Shown here one piece after another: positions 38,618 to 51,273 of a stretch of DNA of 64,000 nt. The stretch spans positions 160,001 to 224,000 of the forward strand of contig CAVTRY010000014.1 in the NCBI GenBank assembly GCA_963737265.1, written 5' to 3'. The stretch is from an uncultured delta proteobacterium. Its GTDB lineage: Bacteria > Myxococcota_A > Polyangia > Fen-1088. A model generated the notes under the pieces. The model made no database searches, was not told the DNA's origin, and saw nothing but the letters and a program-made list of their open reading frames with translations. Every line of letters starts with the position of its first letter. The stretch's first letter is position 1. Both the position numbers and the translations under genes were made by a program.

Positions 38618-40297
38618 ATGCGCGGTGTCGGTAGCCCAAGAGTGGGCGGCCCGATCTCGCTCATCTTGGCGCTGGTTTTTCCCGCCATGATAGCGGCTGC
38701 GGTCGCCTTGGCCTATTACGGGTTCAAGCACGCCGAGGACGTGTCTCGCCCGGTCGAGCAGCTTTTTCGCCAGGAGTGTCAGGACTACGCCGAAGGGCTG
38801 GCGAAATCGGTCGAGGCCAAACTGGATCGCGAAGCCCTATCGCTTTTTGCTCAAGTCTCGGCGCGCGAGGACGATCCCGCTTCGACCGATCCCTGCGATC
38901 TCGATCCTGGGCCGGGCATCGATTCCTTCGTGGTCTTGGGCGACGCTCGGCGCATCGCGTGCAGCTGGCCACGCGTGCGCGAACCCGATGCCAAGAAGCG
39001 GCGGAACGCCGAGCCCGCCCAGCCCAAGAGCCCGTGGCTGGGAAAGATCAAGAACTTGTCGTGGGCGCAGGTCGACCTCGACAACTTCGCCTACCACCAC
39101 GAGGTGCTCGATAGCGGCGGCTCGGTGCTGCTCGCCTACACAATTCGCCGGTCGGCCGACGGTGACCTGTACCACGTGGTGGCGCGGCTCAAGCTCGACT
39201 TCATCGGCAAACAGTGGGCCGAAAACGACCTCGGCCCTGGGCGCAAGAACCGTCGCGTGGCCATCCTCGACGAATCGAGCAATCTGGTGGCGGGCGTGCA
39301 CCTGGGCGGCCCCGAGGCGCGGCCGGGCGGCCGCTTTTTCTACGAGGGACCCTTCGGCAAGGCGCTCTATCGTTGGCGCATTCAAATGGTGCCGCAAAAT
39401 GCCGAGGAATTTCAGGCGCAGTGGGAGCGCACGAAGAGCGTGCGCCGCGTTCTCATTCTGCTCGCGACCGTGATCATCGTCGTGGGCCTCGTGCTGGTGT
39501 GGTTGGCCATTCTCACCGAGCGCCGAGCGTCGCGCATGAAGAGCGACTTCATCGCCAACGTGTCGCACGAGCTCAAGACGCCCCTATCCCTTATCCGCAT
39601 GTTCGGCGAGATGGTGGCCACCGGCCGCCACAAGGGCGAAGAGGCCGCGCGTGAGTACGGCGGCATCATCACGCGCGAATCGGAGCGCCTGTCCCATCTC
39701 ATCGACAATGTGCTCGACTTCTCACGCCTGGAGCGCGGCAAGGCCAGCTATCACTTCGCCGAGGGCGATCTGGCGGACGTGGTCGAGCGCGCGCTCGACG
39801 TGTGCCGCTATCGCTTGGAACGCGAGAAAATGAAACTTGCCGTCGCCATCGAGCCAGACCTACCCGCCGTGCGCATGGATGAAAACGAGATGACGCTGGT
39901 CGTGCTCAACCTCGTCGACAACGCTATCAAGCACGCCGTGGACGGTGGCAAGGTCGAGGTCGGTGTGTTGCGTTGGCCCGGCTTCGTCGTGCTTTCCGTG
40001 CGCGACTTCGGACCCGGCATCTCGCGCGAGGAGCAGGCGCGCATTTTCGAACGCTTCTACCGCTCGCACAGCACGCGCGAGCGCAACGTGCGCGGGAGCG
40101 GTATCGGGCTGGCCCTGGTCAAACACATCGCCGAGGCCCACGGTGGGCGAGTGACGGTGACGAGTCCCGTCCCAGGATCGGCCGGCTACGAGCAAGGCGC
40201 CCTCTTTAAGGTCTTCATCCCGGCGCCGGTGCCGGAGGCGGCCGCAGCCCGCGAGCAGTACGGTGCTCCGACATTGCCCCGTGACGTTGTAAAGTAG
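38618..40297 (+). CDS. Membrane sensor histidine kinase
   Basis: Likely ATG 38618; two TM helices around an extracytoplasmic domain; H-box [14 protein letters not shown]-box [25 protein letters not shown]. Confidence 0.93.
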   Translation: MRGVGSPRVGGPISLILALVFPAMIAAAVALAYYGFKHAEDVSRPVEQLFRQECQDYAEGLAKSVEAKLDREALSLFAQVSAREDDPASTDPCDLDPGPGIDSFVVLGDARRIACSWPRVREPDAKKRRNAEPAQPKSPWLGKIKNLSWAQVDLDNFAYHHEVLDSGGSVLLAYTIRRSADGDLYHVVARLKLDFIGKQWAENDLGPGRKNRRVAILDESSNLVAGVHLGGPEARPGGRFFYEGPFGKALYRWRIQMVPQNAEEFQAQWERTKSVRRVLILLATVIIVVGLVLVWLAILTERRASRMKSDFIANVSHELKTPLSLIRMFGEMVATGRHKGEEAAREYGGIITRESERLSHLIDNVLDFSRLERGKASYHFAEGDLADVVERALDVCRYRLEREKMKLAVAIEPDLPAVRMDENEMTLVVLNLVDNAIKHAVDGGKVEVGVLRWPGFVVLSVRDFGPGISREEQARIFERFYRSHSTRERNVRGSGIGLALVKHIAEAHGGRVTVTSPVPGSAGYEQGALFKVFIPAPVPEAAAAREQYGAPTLPRDVVK

Positions 40298-40305
40298 GGA
40301 AGCTC

Positions 40306-41034
40306 ATGAGCAACGGCACTTCTTCGAATACCTCCAGCACCTCGGCCGCGCTTCGCCGCCGCATCCTCGTCGTCGAAGACGAACCCGACATCGCGCGCGG
40401 TCTGCGCGACGCCCTGGAATTCGAGCAGTTCGAGGTCACCACCACGGGCCGCGGCCGCGACGGCATCAAGAGCCTGCGCGAGCGCGGCGCCGATCTCGTT
40501 ATTCTCGACCTCATGCTGCCCGACATCAACGGCTTCACCGTGTGCGAGGAGATTCGGCAAAGCCATCCCGTGGTGCCCATCATCATGCTCACGGCGCGCT
40601 CGCAAGAGACCGACAAGATTCGCGGGCTCGAAGCCGGTGCCGACGACTACGTGACCAAGCCGTTTTCCATTGGCGAGCTGGTGGCGCGCATCAACGCGAT
40701 CTTCAGGCGCCTGCACCGCACCGTCGGCGCCGACGAAGTCATTCAAATCGGTCAAGCCACGATCTTCCCGCGCCGGCACGAGCTGGTGCGAAATCGCAGG
40801 ACCGTATCTTTGTCGTTCTACGAGGTGGAGCTGGTTCGACTGCTGCACGAGCGGGCCGGCGAACCCGTTACGCGCGACGAAATCCTGGAAAAGATTTGGG
40901 GCCTGACCGGACACGGCAGCAGTCGGTCGGTCGACAACTTCGTCGTCAAGCTTCGAAAGAAGATCGAAGAGGACGCTTCAAGTCCCCGCCACATCGTGAC
41001 GATATATGGGACAGGTTACAAGTTACTGGTGTAA
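40306..41034 (+). CDS. OmpR-family response regulator
   Basis: [28 protein letters not shown], winged helix with RSVDNF..KLRKKIE and TIYGTGY. Confidence 0.95.
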   Translation: MSNGTSSNTSSTSAALRRRILVVEDEPDIARGLRDALEFEQFEVTTTGRGRDGIKSLRERGADLVILDLMLPDINGFTVCEEIRQSHPVVPIIMLTARSQETDKIRGLEAGADDYVTKPFSIGELVARINAIFRRLHRTVGADEVIQIGQATIFPRRHELVRNRRTVSLSFYEVELVRLLHERAGEPVTRDEILEKIWGLTGHGSSRSVDNFVVKLRKKIEEDASSPRHIVTIYGTGYKLLV

Positions 41035-41106
41035 TCGAGGCGCTGGGTGTTGGTTTCGGCCGGCAGCCAAGCCGAATGACCGACTACTCGATTTCAAGAT
41101 GGCAAC

Positions 41107-41502
41107 ATGATCGTCAACGCTATTTCTGCGGATGGGGGCAGGGCTTCGCTGCAAGTGGATGGAAACGTCGTCACGATTCGTGGCGAGATCGATCAGGCCA
41201 ATCCCAAGGTATTTCTGGCGCCCTTTCTCGAAGAAATCCACGTCGCGGCCGAACGGGAAGGGCTGCGCGAGGTGAAAGTGGACATCCGCGGGCTGTCGTT
41301 TCTCAACTCGTCGGCGGTTAAAGAGCTTATTGGCTGGGTGCTCAAGCGCAACCGCATGCCCGCCGGCAAGAAGTACGTGCTCGAATTCGTCTACGATTCT
41401 TCCGTTCTCTGGCAGCGCGTGACCATCCCCACGCTGAGCCAGCTCGACGCCGGTTTCGTCGTGCTCAGCGACCGCAGCAAGACGGCGGCGAGGAATCGGT
41501 AG
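41107..41502 (+). CDS. Second STAS-like protein (SiaC/slr1659-like)
   Basis: VKVDIRGLSFLNSSA...WQRVTI..L, aligning by eye with 37606..37986. Confidence 0.75.
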   Translation: MIVNAISADGGRASLQVDGNVVTIRGEIDQANPKVFLAPFLEEIHVAAEREGLREVKVDIRGLSFLNSSAVKELIGWVLKRNRMPAGKKYVLEFVYDSSVLWQRVTIPTLSQLDAGFVVLSDRSKTAARNR

Positions 41503-41544
41503 GCTTTCCTTTCCGCTTGACTGGCACCCGCCAAGCGCGGACTT

Positions 41545-42990
41545 ATGACAGCCATGTCGGTTCGCGTTCGCATTGCTCCGTCGCCTACCGGCGATCCCCA
41601 CGTGGGGACCGCCTACATCGCCCTGTTCAACTACGTGTTCGCCAAGAAGCACGGCGGCCAGTTCGTCCTGCGCATCGAGGACACCGATCGCGCGCGCTCG
41701 ACGCCCGATTCCGAGGCTGCCATCCTGCGTGCCTTGCGCTGGGTGGGCCTCGGCTGGGACGAAGGTCCGGATATCGGCGGTCCGAGCGGGCCGTACCGGC
41801 AGTCGGAGCGCAGCGAGATCTACCGGCGCGAGCTTGGCAAGCTGGTGGAATCGGACGCGGCCTATCGCTGCTTTTGCACCGCCCTCCGGCTGGAACAGAT
41901 GCGCGCCGCCGCGAAGGGCAAATCCTTCGTGGGCTATGACGGCCTTTGCCGCGGCGTCGGCAGGGCCGAATCCGATCGCCGGGCAGCCGCAGGTGAAGCC
42001 CACGTTATTCGCCTGGCCATGCCCAAGACGGGCGAAACCGTGTTCACCGACCGGCTGCGCGGTGAAGTCCGCTTCGACAACAGCCAGATCGACGACCAGA
42101 TCCTGCTCAAGAGCGACGGCTTTCCGACCTACCACTTGGCCAACGTCGTCGACGACCACCTGATGGGCATCACGCACGTGATTCGCGCCGAGGAATGGTT
42201 GTCGTCCACGCCCAAGCACGTGGAGCTCTACAAAGCGTTCGGTTGGCGGGCGCCGGAGTGGATTCACATGCCGCTTCTGCGCAACGCCGACAAGTCGAAG
42301 ATTTCCAAGCGCAAGAACCCCGTGTCGCTCGACTATTACCGCGCGGCCGGATTCCTGCCCGAGGCGCTGCTCAACTACCTCGGCACCATGGGCTGGTCCA
42401 TTGCCGGCGACCGCGAACACTTCACGCTGGCCGAAATGATCGACGCCTTCACCTTCGACCGCATGAGCTTGGGCGGCCCGGTGTTCGACCTAGTCAAGCT
42501 GTCCGCCATGAACGCCGACTACCTGCGCGCGCTCGACGACGACGCGCTGGTAGCGCGCCTACATGCGTGGCGGCTGGGCGACGACTACCTTCGCCAGCTC
42601 GTGCCGCTCGTGCGCCAGCGCGTGCAGCGCCTGGACGAATTTGTTCCCATGACCGAGTTCTTCTTCTCGGGCGACCTCGACTACACCGCACTGGTCAAGG
42701 ATCTCGTGCCCAAGAATCGCACGGCTAAGGACGTGGTCGAGGCGCTGCTCGGCTTCGTGGACGCGCTCGATGTGCAGCGCGATTTCTCGCATGCGGCACT
42801 GGAAGCCGCCACGCGGGCCTACGCCGAGAAGATCGCCTGGGATCCCAAAGAACTGTTCATGGTGGTGCGCATGGGGGCCACGGCCCGCAAGGCCACTCCA
42901 CCCCTCTTCGAAACCCTGGCCGTCCTCGGCCGCGACCTCGTTCGGCGGCGTCTGCGCCTGTGCGGCGAGCTCATGAAGACAGAGCGCTGA
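41545..42990 (+). CDS. gltX: Glutamate--tRNA ligase
   Basis: [54 protein letters not shown]. Confidence 0.97.
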   Translation: MTAMSVRVRIAPSPTGDPHVGTAYIALFNYVFAKKHGGQFVLRIEDTDRARSTPDSEAAILRALRWVGLGWDEGPDIGGPSGPYRQSERSEIYRRELGKLVESDAAYRCFCTALRLEQMRAAAKGKSFVGYDGLCRGVGRAESDRRAAAGEAHVIRLAMPKTGETVFTDRLRGEVRFDNSQIDDQILLKSDGFPTYHLANVVDDHLMGITHVIRAEEWLSSTPKHVELYKAFGWRAPEWIHMPLLRNADKSKISKRKNPVSLDYYRAAGFLPEALLNYLGTMGWSIAGDREHFTLAEMIDAFTFDRMSLGGPVFDLVKLSAMNADYLRALDDDALVARLHAWRLGDDYLRQLVPLVRQRVQRLDEFVPMTEFFFSGDLDYTALVKDLVPKNRTAKDVVEALLGFVDALDVQRDFSHAALEAATRAYAEKIAWDPKELFMVVRMGATARKATPPLFETLAVLGRDLVRRRLRLCGELMKTER

Positions 42991-43082
42991 GGGGGCAACG
43001 AGCGCAGAGGGCGGCGCATCAGGACCACCCCCTGTGCCCTCATAGGCATTAACCGGATGGGCAACGAAAGATCGAGCATGTC

Positions 43083-43146
43083 GCCTCGCCCCGCGAAGCG
43101 GCCGCGAAGTGGGGAGAGGTCGCCTCGCGCAGCGAGGCGGGTGAGG
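43083..43146 (-). repeat. REP-like double-hairpin intergenic element
   Basis: Reverse complement reads CCTCACC-[CGCCTCGC..GCGAGGCG]-ACCTCTCCCC...GGGGCGAGG, the same architecture as 63331..63400. Confidence 0.6.
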
Positions 43147-43317
43147 CTGCGCCGGCACAAACCGGCGGAAGACTGTAGGTGAGTACGATGAACTGACACC
43201 AGGGAAACGAAGCAAGTCCTACCCCGGGAGGAGCCCACCCACCCTGTGCCCTCTCCTTCTGACAAAGAATCACGAATGATTACAATTGGGTGACAATTGG
43301 GATCGTAGTCTCGGCGC

Positions 43318-45000
43318 ATGGATACTTCCAGCGCGCTCACCGCGCTCTACCTGGTCATTCTCCTCGCTCTCGCAGTCTACGGATTCCATCGTTCGTCGCT
43401 GGTTTTTCTTTACTACCGCCATCGCGACAAGCAGCCGGTCGAGACGGGCAAGTTCGCCGAGTTGCCCGCCGTCACCATCCAGTTGCCGCTTTTCAACGAG
43501 ATGTACGTGGTCGAGCGCCTACTCGATGCGGTGGTGGCGATAAGCTACCCGCGCGACCGTCTCCAGATTCAGGTTCTCGATGATTCCACCGACGAAACCT
43601 GCGACATCTGCCGCGACAAGATCGCCGAGATCGTGGCGCGCCACCCGGACCTCGACATCGAGTACGTGCACCGCCGCGAGCGCACGGGCTTCAAGGCAGG
43701 CGCGCTGGAAAATGGCTTGCGCACCGCCAAGGGCGAGCTGGTGCTCATCTTCGACGCGGATTTCGTTCCCCACGCCGACATTCTCGAACGCACCGTGCAC
43801 CACTTTCTCGACCCCAAGGTCGCGGTGGTGCAGTGCCGCTGGGAGCACATCAATCGCGATTTCTCGGCGCTGACCGAGGCGCAGGCATTGATGCTCAACG
43901 GCCACTTCATCATGGAGCACGCCGGACGCAACCGGTCGGGCCGCTTCTTCAACTTCAACGGTACCGCCGGCCTGTGGCGACGCGCCGCCATCGTGGATGC
44001 GGGGGGCTGGCACCACGACACGCTGACCGAGGACATGGATCTTTCCTACCGCGCCCAGCTGCGCGGCTGGCGTTTCATCTACTTGCCCAACATCGCGGCG
44101 CCGGCCGAGCTTCCGGTGGAGATGTCCGCCTTCAAGGCGCAGCAGTTCCGCTGGGCCAAGGGATCCATTCAGGTGGCACGCAAGCTCTTGCCGCGCATCC
44201 TCGCCTCCAATGCGACCTTCGCCCAGAAGACCGAAGCCTTCTTTCACCTGACCAACAATTTCGCGTATCCGCTTTTGCTTCTGCTCTCGTTGCTGCTGCT
44301 GCCGAACCTCGTCTTTCGCACCACCCACGGCGTGCGCGAAGTGCTGATGATCGACCTGCCGCTCTTCTTCGGCACCACGCTCAGCATCGCTTCGTTCTAC
44401 CTCGCCTCCGAGCGCGAGGTGGCGCTCCTGAGCGGCGACAAGTCGCATTCGGGTTGGCACATCTTGCGCAAGCTTCCCCTCGTCCTCTCGCTCGGTATCG
44501 GGCTGTGCGTAAACCAAACGCGCGCGGTGCTGGAAGCCGTCTTCGGCCGCGAAACCGAGTTCGTTCGCACCCCGAAGCACGGCATTCGCGGCAAGCTGGA
44601 AAAGTGGTCGGGCAAGAAGTATCGCGCCGCCAAGTCGTTGACCCCGTTCTTCGAGCTGCTGATGGCCGCCTACTTCGTCGTCGCGGTTCACGTCGCCATC
44701 AGCAACGGCCATTTCCTGTCGGTGCCGTTCCTGCTGCTGTTCCTATTCGGCTTCGCCTATGTCGGGGTCGTGTCGGCATGGCAGGGCGGATTCGGCCAGG
44801 CCCTGCGCGGTCTGTGGGAACGCCCCAGCCGGAACGTGGCGTTGCCCATGCTATCCGGGGCGATGGTGGCGGCGATGCCCGACGCTACGCCGGGCCCGGT
44901 TTTGCTTGCGCAGGAGATGCTTTCTTCTCCACTTTCTTCTCCTCGGACGACGGCTCGGGCACGAGGGGGAAGCGATCCCCACGAACACGCCGCTGTTTGA
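43318..45000 (+). CDS. Processive membrane GT2 glycosyltransferase (cellulose-synthase-like, CslA-type)
   Basis: QLPLFNE, QVLDDSTD, GFKAGAL, IFDADF, FNGTAG, TEDMD, QQFRW (D,D,D,QxxRW), FVRTPK; N- and C-terminal TM helices. Confidence 0.92.
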   Translation: MDTSSALTALYLVILLALAVYGFHRSSLVFLYYRHRDKQPVETGKFAELPAVTIQLPLFNEMYVVERLLDAVVAISYPRDRLQIQVLDDSTDETCDICRDKIAEIVARHPDLDIEYVHRRERTGFKAGALENGLRTAKGELVLIFDADFVPHADILERTVHHFLDPKVAVVQCRWEHINRDFSALTEAQALMLNGHFIMEHAGRNRSGRFFNFNGTAGLWRRAAIVDAGGWHHDTLTEDMDLSYRAQLRGWRFIYLPNIAAPAELPVEMSAFKAQQFRWAKGSIQVARKLLPRILASNATFAQKTEAFFHLTNNFAYPLLLLLSLLLLPNLVFRTTHGVREVLMIDLPLFFGTTLSIASFYLASEREVALLSGDKSHSGWHILRKLPLVLSLGIGLCVNQTRAVLEAVFGRETEFVRTPKHGIRGKLEKWSGKKYRAAKSLTPFFELLMAAYFVVAVHVAISNGHFLSVPFLLLFLFGFAYVGVVSAWQGGFGQALRGLWERPSRNVALPMLSGAMVAAMPDATPGPVLLAQEMLSSPLSSPRTTARARGGSDPHEHAAV

Positions 45001-45373
45001 TCATCATCCAGCGTCCGCCGCGAAATTCCCAGAGCTGCTGCAGCGTCGCCTGGCGCACGATGGGATCGCTTTTCTTGTACCATTCTAGCTTCACATCCAC
45101 GGTTGCGGCCTGCGAGCCTTGCAGGAACTTAACCGACGTGACTTCGTAGTCCGCCAGCACCAGGTTGTCGTCGACCAGGTTCTTGCGCTCCTGAAACAGG
45201 GCGTTTTCCTCGGGTGTCATCGACTGGCCGAGGATGTCCCAGCGCCCCCAGCGGAAGTCGTCGTTGAACATGCGCGCGTCGCGAAGCAGGTCGTCCTCGC
45301 GCCGTTGCCCCGGGGACATGCAGCCAATCGCGATCGCGGCCTGTAAGAGAAAAAACAGTCCCGTTCTGGTCAC
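44885..45373 (-). CDS. Hypothetical lipoprotein
   Basis: GTG coupled to the prmC stop; LLQAAIAIGC lipobox; FNDDFRWGR..., QLWEF...W pattern. Confidence 0.75.
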   Translation of the reverse strand: MTRTGLFFLLQAAIAIGCMSPGQRREDDLLRDARMFNDDFRWGRWDILGQSMTPEENALFQERKNLVDDNLVLADYEVTSVKFLQGSQAATVDVKLEWYKKSDPIVRQATLQQLWEFRGGRWMMIKQRRVRGDRFPLVPEPSSEEKKVEKKASPAQAKPGPA

Positions 45374-46269
45374 TGGCCGGTGCCTCCGTGCGCGTAAGCC
45401 ACCCGTTCGATGCCCGCCAGATCGCGCCGCGTCCCCGCGCCCGCGTATCCGGCGCGGTGAAAAAGCCCGCTGACCTCGGTCGCCTGGCCCGCGCCGATTT
45501 CCATCGCCAGCGCGCCTCCGGGACCGAGCACATGCAGCGTTTCGGCAACCAAGCGGCGCACGAGGTCGAGCCCATCGCCGCCGCCGTCGAGGGCAAGGCG
45601 CGGCTCGCAGCGCACCTCGGCCGGAAGGCCGTCGATGTCGGCGCTGGCAATATAGGGTGGATTGCTCATCACGAGATCGAAGGGAGCAAGGCCCGCAAGC
45701 GGCTGGACGAGGTCGCCCTCGAGAAACGTAATAGCGAGGCCAAGCCGGTCGGCGTTCTCTCGCGCCACGTCTAGCGCGCCGGGGGAAACATCGATGGCGA
45801 AAACCTCGTCGCTCGGCCGTTCCTTCTTTAGCGCAACGGCCAGTGCGCCCGATCCCGTGCCCACATCCGCGATGCGCAGCCCCGCTTCCCGCGCCGGCAT
45901 TGCTTGCAGCAAGGCAAGCGCTTGTTCGACCAGCGTCTCGGTGTCGGGCCGCGGAACCAGCACCCGCCCGTCGACGTGCAAATCGAGGCTCCAGAATTCC
46001 TTGCGGCCAAGGATGTAGGCCACCGGTTCGCCCGCCAGCCGCCGGCGCACGAGCTCGCGATAGCTGGCCAGCTCCGGTTCCGTGAGCGGCCGGTCGAAGT
46101 GCATGTAGAGCTCCACGCGCGAAAGGCCGAATGCCTGTGCCGCCAGCAACTCGGCATCGAGCCGAGCGCTTTCCACGCCGCGCTTTTCGAAGCGACCCAC
46201 GGTCCAGCGCAGGACTTCCAGAATCGTCCAGGTTTGCTGGCGCGCGGGCGGCGATGGAACGGGCAACAC
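45370..46269 (-). CDS. prmC: Release factor glutamine methyltransferase
   Basis: RLDAELL, GEPVAYILG, VLVPRPDTE, DVGTGSG, SNPPY, EPRLALDGG.DGL, EIG. Confidence 0.96.
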   Translation of the reverse strand: MLPVPSPPARQQTWTILEVLRWTVGRFEKRGVESARLDAELLAAQAFGLSRVELYMHFDRPLTEPELASYRELVRRRLAGEPVAYILGRKEFWSLDLHVDGRVLVPRPDTETLVEQALALLQAMPAREAGLRIADVGTGSGALAVALKKERPSDEVFAIDVSPGALDVARENADRLGLAITFLEGDLVQPLAGLAPFDLVMSNPPYIASADIDGLPAEVRCEPRLALDGGGDGLDLVRRLVAETLHVLGPGGALAMEIGAGQATEVSGLFHRAGYAGAGTRRDLAGIERVAYAHGGTGQ

Positions 46270-46331
46270 CGGTTGATTGTGCCGGAAGGATCCCCGGATA
46301 GCGAGATCCGCGCGTTTGCGCGCCGGGGCGA

Positions 46332-46721
46332 CTACTTTGCCGGCTTGGCCTTGGCCTTCGCCGAAGCCTTCGACTTCTTGGCCGCGCCCTTCTTCACTTT
46401 GCGCTCCGTCGCTTGCGCAAGGTCGACCAGGCGGGCGTCCGAGTAAGCAGTGAGGCGCTCGACGAAGGTCTTGTCCTTGGCGCGGTTCAGGGCCGTGACG
46501 ACCTGGGTCACCAGCGCCTCGCGCGAGCCGTACTTATCCTTGACCGTGGCCGCGACCTGGTGGAGGTGCAGCAGCTTGCCGTTGGCAGCGGTGGAGAGGC
46601 GCTTGCGCAGATCATCCTTCGATTCGTCGCCGCGATCGAGAAGGCCGACCAGCTTGTCCACCAGCTTGTCCTTGGCGCCGAAGGTTTCGTTTACGAGTGC
46701 GAGGGGTGATTTCTGCGACAT
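46332..46721 (-). CDS. Hypothetical basic protein with Lys/Ala-rich tail
   Basis: GGAG RBS; internal repeat FGAKDKLV / YGSREALV; tail KKGAAKKSKASAKAKAKPAK. Confidence 0.75.
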   Translation of the reverse strand: MSQKSPLALVNETFGAKDKLVDKLVGLLDRGDESKDDLRKRLSTAANGKLLHLHQVAATVKDKYGSREALVTQVVTALNRAKDKTFVERLTAYSDARLVDLAQATERKVKKGAAKKSKASAKAKAKPAK

Positions 46722-46756
46722 GGTGGGTCTCCGTCTTGTGCTGGGGAGGGCGCTTC

Positions 46757-48050
46757 TTACCTTAAATCGTGCCCAGCCGCCAGTGTCTCTTCGACGGCGG
46801 CCACAAATGAATCGATTTCAACATCAGTATGCGCCATGGAAACGAAGGCGGCTTCCAGATGAGCGGGCGGAAGGTAGAAGCCGCGCCCCAGCATTCCGTG
46901 GAAGAAGTCCGCGTAATGCTTGGGATCTGCGAGCTTCGCCGAGGCGAAATCCGTCACTGGCCCAGCGCAGAAGAAGATGGTGAAGGCGGAGCCGACGCGC
47001 TGAATGCACGCGGTGACACCGGACTTGACAAACGCGTTATTGACTCCGGATTCCAACCGCGCTGCAAGGACTTCCAGGCGTGCATAGCCTTCCGCGGTTA
47101 GCTGCTTCAGCATGGCCAGCCCCGCCGCCATGGCGAGAGGATTTCCCGAAAGTGTTCCGGCTTGGTACACGGGTCCGTCAGGCGCGACCACCTTCATGAT
47201 GTCGGCCCGGCCGCCGTACACGCCAAGCGGCAAACCGCCGCCCACGATCTTTCCCAGGCACGTCATGTCCGGCCGCACGGCGAACAAACCCTGCGCCCCG
47301 CCGCGGCCCACGCGGAACCCGCTAATGACCTCGTCGAAGATCAGCAGCGCGCCTTCGTCGTCGCACAGCCGGCGCAAGGCTTGGAGGTAACCCGGCTTGG
47401 GCGGCACGAGCCCCATGTTTCCCGGAATGGGCTCGATGATGATGGCCGCCACCTGGCCCTTGTGGCTGGCGAAGGCCGCGCGCATGGCGTCTTCGTCGTT
47501 GAAGGGAACGATGATGGTGTCGGCCACGGCCGCGGCGGTCACGCCTGCCGAGCCGGGAATACCAAGGGTCGCGGCGCCCGATCCGGCGGCGGCCAGTAAC
47601 ATGTCGGCGTGGCCGTGGTAGCCGCCGTCGATCTTGATCAGCTTGCTTCGTCCGGTGAATCCGCGCGCCACCCGCAGCGCAGACATGGTTGCCTCGGTCC
47701 CCGACGAGACGAAGCGCATGCGCGCCAGCGACGGAAATGCGGCGCGGATCGCCTCGCCAAGCTCGAACCTCGCGCTCGGTGGACGCGCCGAAGGTCGTTC
47801 CGCCCGCGGCAGCTTCGGCAATGGCCGCCACCACCTCGCGGTTGGCGTGTCCAAGGACGAGCGGCCCCCACGAACCGAGAAAGTCGGCGTAGCGATTGCC
47901 GTCCGCATCCCAGACGTAGGCGCCTTCGCCACGCGCCAGGAAGACCGGCGTGCCGCCCACGGCCTTGAAGGCGCGCACCGGAGAGTTCACGCCGCCGGGG
48001 AAGAGTTTGCTGGCCTGCTCGAAGAGCTGCCGAGATTTCGCATCGTTCAT
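46757..48050 (-). CDS. hemL: Glutamate-1-semialdehyde 2,1-aminomutase, apparent +1 frameshift at ~47766
   Basis: [11 protein letters not shown] and SWGPLVLGH in one frame; [36 protein letters not shown] in another. Removing one base gives continuous TEREVELGEAI. Confidence 0.93.
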
Positions 48051-48069
48051 TGGTCAATCCGGATTTTTC

Positions 48070-48182
48070 ACCACCGAGAGCGCAGAGGTCGCAGAGGCCG
48101 GAGAAGAAGGGTTCCGGATCTTGAATCCGAGTTCCTCCCATCCGAGCCTCTTCCGTCTCCGTGCCCTCTGTGTTCTCTGTGG

Positions 48183-48183
<1 letters not shown>
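48070..48183. repeat. Imperfect inverted repeat with 9-bp-periodic CAGAG arms between gyrA and hemL
   Basis: Left arm ACCACCGAGAGCGCAGAGGTCGCAGAGG (48070-48097) versus reverse complement of 48156-48183 ACCACAGAGAACACAGAGGGCACGGAGA: 21/28 by hand count. Confidence 0.7.
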
Positions 48184-50873
<2,690 letters not shown>

Positions 50874-51273
50874 GCGGTGGCGCGAAAACTATCAAGGAGC
50901 GCGGTTCAAGTCACGGCTTCCCGCCATGGCGCGGGCTTCGGGCGCCCTTGCTCTCGCTTGTTTGTCGCTTGTCTGTCGCTAGGGATACCCGGACATCCGT
51001 GAGCAGCGGAATTGTTTTCGCGACAGTAATTGTGTTCTTGGCAACATTTGCGACAACCGCTTCCGGGTTCTGCACGCAAATTCTGCGCCAGGTCAACTGA
51101 CGTCTGCCGAGCGAACCTACATTTCCGCCCAAAATCCGGGTCAACACTCGTAAGAAAGCGCACTTTAACGTTTTTTTTCTTGCGGTTTCGGGGACCGGCC
51201 ACAAAATGTTCCGGCTGCTGCAATGCGCTCGCATTGCGGAACAAGAAAAATGGGTTTCGACGGAGGCTATTCC

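Noticed and set aside
42991-43317. Possible tmRNA, 6S RNA or tRNA after gltX (begins GGGGGC)
   Set aside because: No tRNA-like T-arm/CCA end, tag reading frame or long 6S-type duplex recognised.
51038-51052. Sigma54-like TTGGCAACATTTGCG upstream of the giant lipoprotein
   Set aside because: GG-to-GC spacing is 8 nt rather than the required 10.
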